A stretch of DNA of 64,000 bases from Fimbriosthenelais zetlandica. Taxonomy: Eukaryota. Numbering within the stretch: position 1 is the stretch's first letter; every line of letters begins with the position of its first letter. The position numbers and the translations under genes are program-made. The notes beneath the pieces are model-generated. The model worked only from the letters and a program-made list of their open reading frames with translations, was not told the origin of the DNA and did not search any database. Below, one piece after another: positions 61,667 through 64,000 of this stretch. Location: contig OZ365110.1 of the NCBI GenBank assembly GCA_977030845.1, positions 34,720,001 through 34,784,000 on the forward strand. The letters run 5' to 3'.

Positions 61667-63991
61667 ATGGCGAGCCCGAGGACAAGGCGTGTTCTCAAGG
61701 AACTGAAAGCGACAGATGAAAATAATGTAAGTAGTTGACTGAATAGCCAATTTGACTCTAGAAGGAAAAATTAAAATCTGCCCCTTGTCACATATTTCCA
61801 TGTGTATTAGTTCATTATACTGTATACTTTACCCCACCAATGTATGAGAATGATATTTCTTCATAATTTCTTGAACGGGTCTCATCATCTTGGGAGAAAA
61901 CCGGTTGTTCTTGCTGCTTTCCATTCATTCATTCATTTTTTCATTCATTCACTGATTCAGTCACTATTCAGTTTTCCGCTCATTCATTCAATCATGGTCA
62001 TTGACATTCAGTAACTATGCTTATTGCTTTTCAGAAACTTTGAAGAATTTAGATAGTGACGAATGCCAATACTGAATAAATCTCTTTAAAGCTCCCAGAG
62101 GCAAATACTGAGTTCTGACTAACATAATGTTTTTGTTTCTTTTTCGTTCCAGAAATGTTTTGAGTGCAGTACTCACAATCCTCAGTGGGTCAGTGTCACG
62201 TATGGCATCTGGATTTGCTTGGAATGTTCAGGAAAACACCGAGGCCTTGGTGTCCACCTCAGGTAGGACTTATAGCTACTTTATATAATTTTAGAAATCC
62301 GATTGTAATTTCTCTGGGTTAGATAATCAATAAATGATTCCAGTGAGACGTGACGGGAGCTTGAGAGGGATTACGAACTAACTGGACCCTTCGAACTACA
62401 CTAAGAATAATAGCCCACCGCGCATCCTTCACCCTCACTCCCTTGCCTGAAGGTGGCGGGTTTTTTGGTGACTCAAAAAATAATTTGAAAATTGTCATTT
62501 ATATTAGGTTGATATACCCTATTCAGCATACAGTGTCTAAATAATGGTTCCATTTCTTAAGCTTTGTTATAAAAAAAAAATAACTTTCTTTGAGGACCAG
62601 TACCAGGTATTTTCCTCATATCTGGCATGAACCACGAATCCCTGGATAATCCAAAGTCTTAATCCCTTAACTGAATTTTCAAGTTGTAAAGATTAATACA
62701 ATAAGTGTGACCATCATCTATTTCCAGTTTCGTGCGCTCGGTGACTATGGATAAATGGAAGGACCTCGAGTTGGAGAAAATGAAGGTCGGCGGCAACAGA
62801 CACGCCCGAATATTCTTTGAAATGCAAGAAGATTACGAGGATAAGATGTCCACCTCCGAGAAATACAACACCAAGGCCGCAGCTCTGCTTAGAGATAAGG
62901 TGAGTACATTTTTAAAAACGGTAAAATTATCTTAGTGATTAGATCAAGATTCTAAATTCATAGCAGTTCAAAGTTCTTGAACTATAATATTTATTTCCTG
63001 AATTAAATTTAAGTCTTTCATGAAAATTGAAATCTACAACTTCACTTTACTTCATACAATTACTTAACTTCATAATTATATACTATTTCATGTATCTTCT
63101 TAAAGGGATGCCAAACACTTGGTATAAAGTTATTTTTCTAGGTAATTCTGACTTTAGATAGTTCATTTCACTACAAATTATAACTGTCTGATATCTCACT
63201 TGCTCAAGATAGATCAATTCCTAAATAGAACTACCTAGGAAAATAACTTTACACCAAGTGTTTGGCATCCCCTTAAGTACCATATATATATTCATTTGTG
63301 AACTTTCAGATTGCTACTGAGGCTAAGGGAGAGGACTGGTCCATCGATACGTCTCCTGCCCGGAACTACGTGCCCGCCTCACTCAACGCTCAACCCACGC
63401 TCACGCTCAAACAGACCAGCGGTGGTGCAGTCCTCAGTGGCTACCAAGGCGGAGGCGGCAGTGACTGTAGCATGGAGGCTGAACTGGGAATGTCCAAGTA
63501 TGTATTAATTAGTCTCTATGACAGTTTTTTTTGTTATATTATTTGTGATGTGTTTTCACTAAATCAGTCTAAAGTCGCACAGACCCATGCATCGCTACAG
63601 GCCTGAAAGCTTTGCTCACAAGCTATTTATTTCTCTTAGCATTTTTTGCAATAAAAGCAAGTATACAATGTGTTTACTATTTTTGTGAGTGATTATTGAG
63701 AAAAGTTCGACTTTGTGCGTGTTGTTCCTTCAAGATTTTTACCAGTCGTACAGAAAATTGTCTGGAATGGGTATTTTCTCTTGTTTCCACTGTCACTACT
63801 ATATTCTTTGAAATTTTCTCATAAGTATAACCTAAATTTATTAGCACAATGCTAGTATATCTACATTGTCATATCTCAAAGTAAAGATTTGTATTTAACT
63901 TTTTATTATTTGTCCTATTCAGATCTGAAATCAATGACCAGAAAGAAGATTTCTTCAGCAGAAAACAGGTGGAAAATGCCAGCCGACCTGA
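61667..63991 (+). CDS. ARFGAP1: ADP-ribosylation factor GTPase-activating protein 1, 5' part; continues beyond the right edge
   Basis: Exons 61667-61726, 62153-62262, 62728-62899, 63310-63497, 63923-63991. [13 protein letters not shown] start, CFEC-X16-CLEC zinc finger, [34 protein letters not shown] and [15 protein letters not shown]. Confidence 0.97.
63104..63272. mobile_element. TTAA-flanked MITE, same family as 50915-51104
   Basis: TTAA|AGGGATGCCAAACACTTGG ... CCAAGTGTTTGGCATCCCC|TTAA. Confidence 0.85.
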
Positions 63992-64000
63992 GTATGTTTT

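Noticed and set aside
3273-63991. Functional trafficking cluster (HDEL cargo calreticulin, KDEL-receptor partner ArfGAP1, AP-2 adaptor Dab)
   Set aside because: No shared regulatory signature was seen, TAF2 and C19orf44-like are interspersed, and such housekeeping neighbours are plausible by chance.
1-64000. Intronic snoRNAs, miRNA hairpins, or autonomous transposase/RT ORFs
   Set aside because: No convincing C/D or H/ACA architecture or TE coding sequence was recognised by eye. A covariance-model search (Infernal/Rfam) is needed to exclude small RNAs.

Overview
Eukaryotic, AT-rich, intron-rich invertebrate animal DNA (probably a marine lophotrochozoan or non-vertebrate deuterostome; this is inference). 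Five protein-coding genes were assembled by hand from splice signals and reading-frame continuity. They are a C19orf44-like gene (-, runs off the left edge), calreticulin (+, complete, HDEL), a Disabled/Dab PTB endocytic adaptor (-, about 1600 aa, with a probable 19 kb non-coding 5' region), TAF2 (-, complete, 29 coding exons, about 1357 aa) and ArfGAP1 (+, runs off the right edge). There are two head-to-head pairs: C19orf44-like/calreticulin and TAF2/ArfGAP1. No prokaryotic system, CRISPR array, rRNA or true tRNA gene was found. Best leads: (1) TAF2 carries two minor-spliceosome (U12) introns, one AT-AC and one GT-AG; (2) a dispersed 44-bp minisatellite module with a fixed hairpin cap occurs at nine loci, all in one orientation; (3) the calreticulin/C19orf44 head-to-head pair matches the human CALR3/C19orf44 arrangement as I recall it and has ERSE-like elements; (4) the Dab protein has about 22 DPF motifs, four CaMKII-type RQxT sites, a PQQMGQPM octapeptide tail and a cluster of candidate cassette/micro-exons after the PTB domain; (5) several MITEs host nested insertions. 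Homology calls come from recalled family sequences, not database searches.
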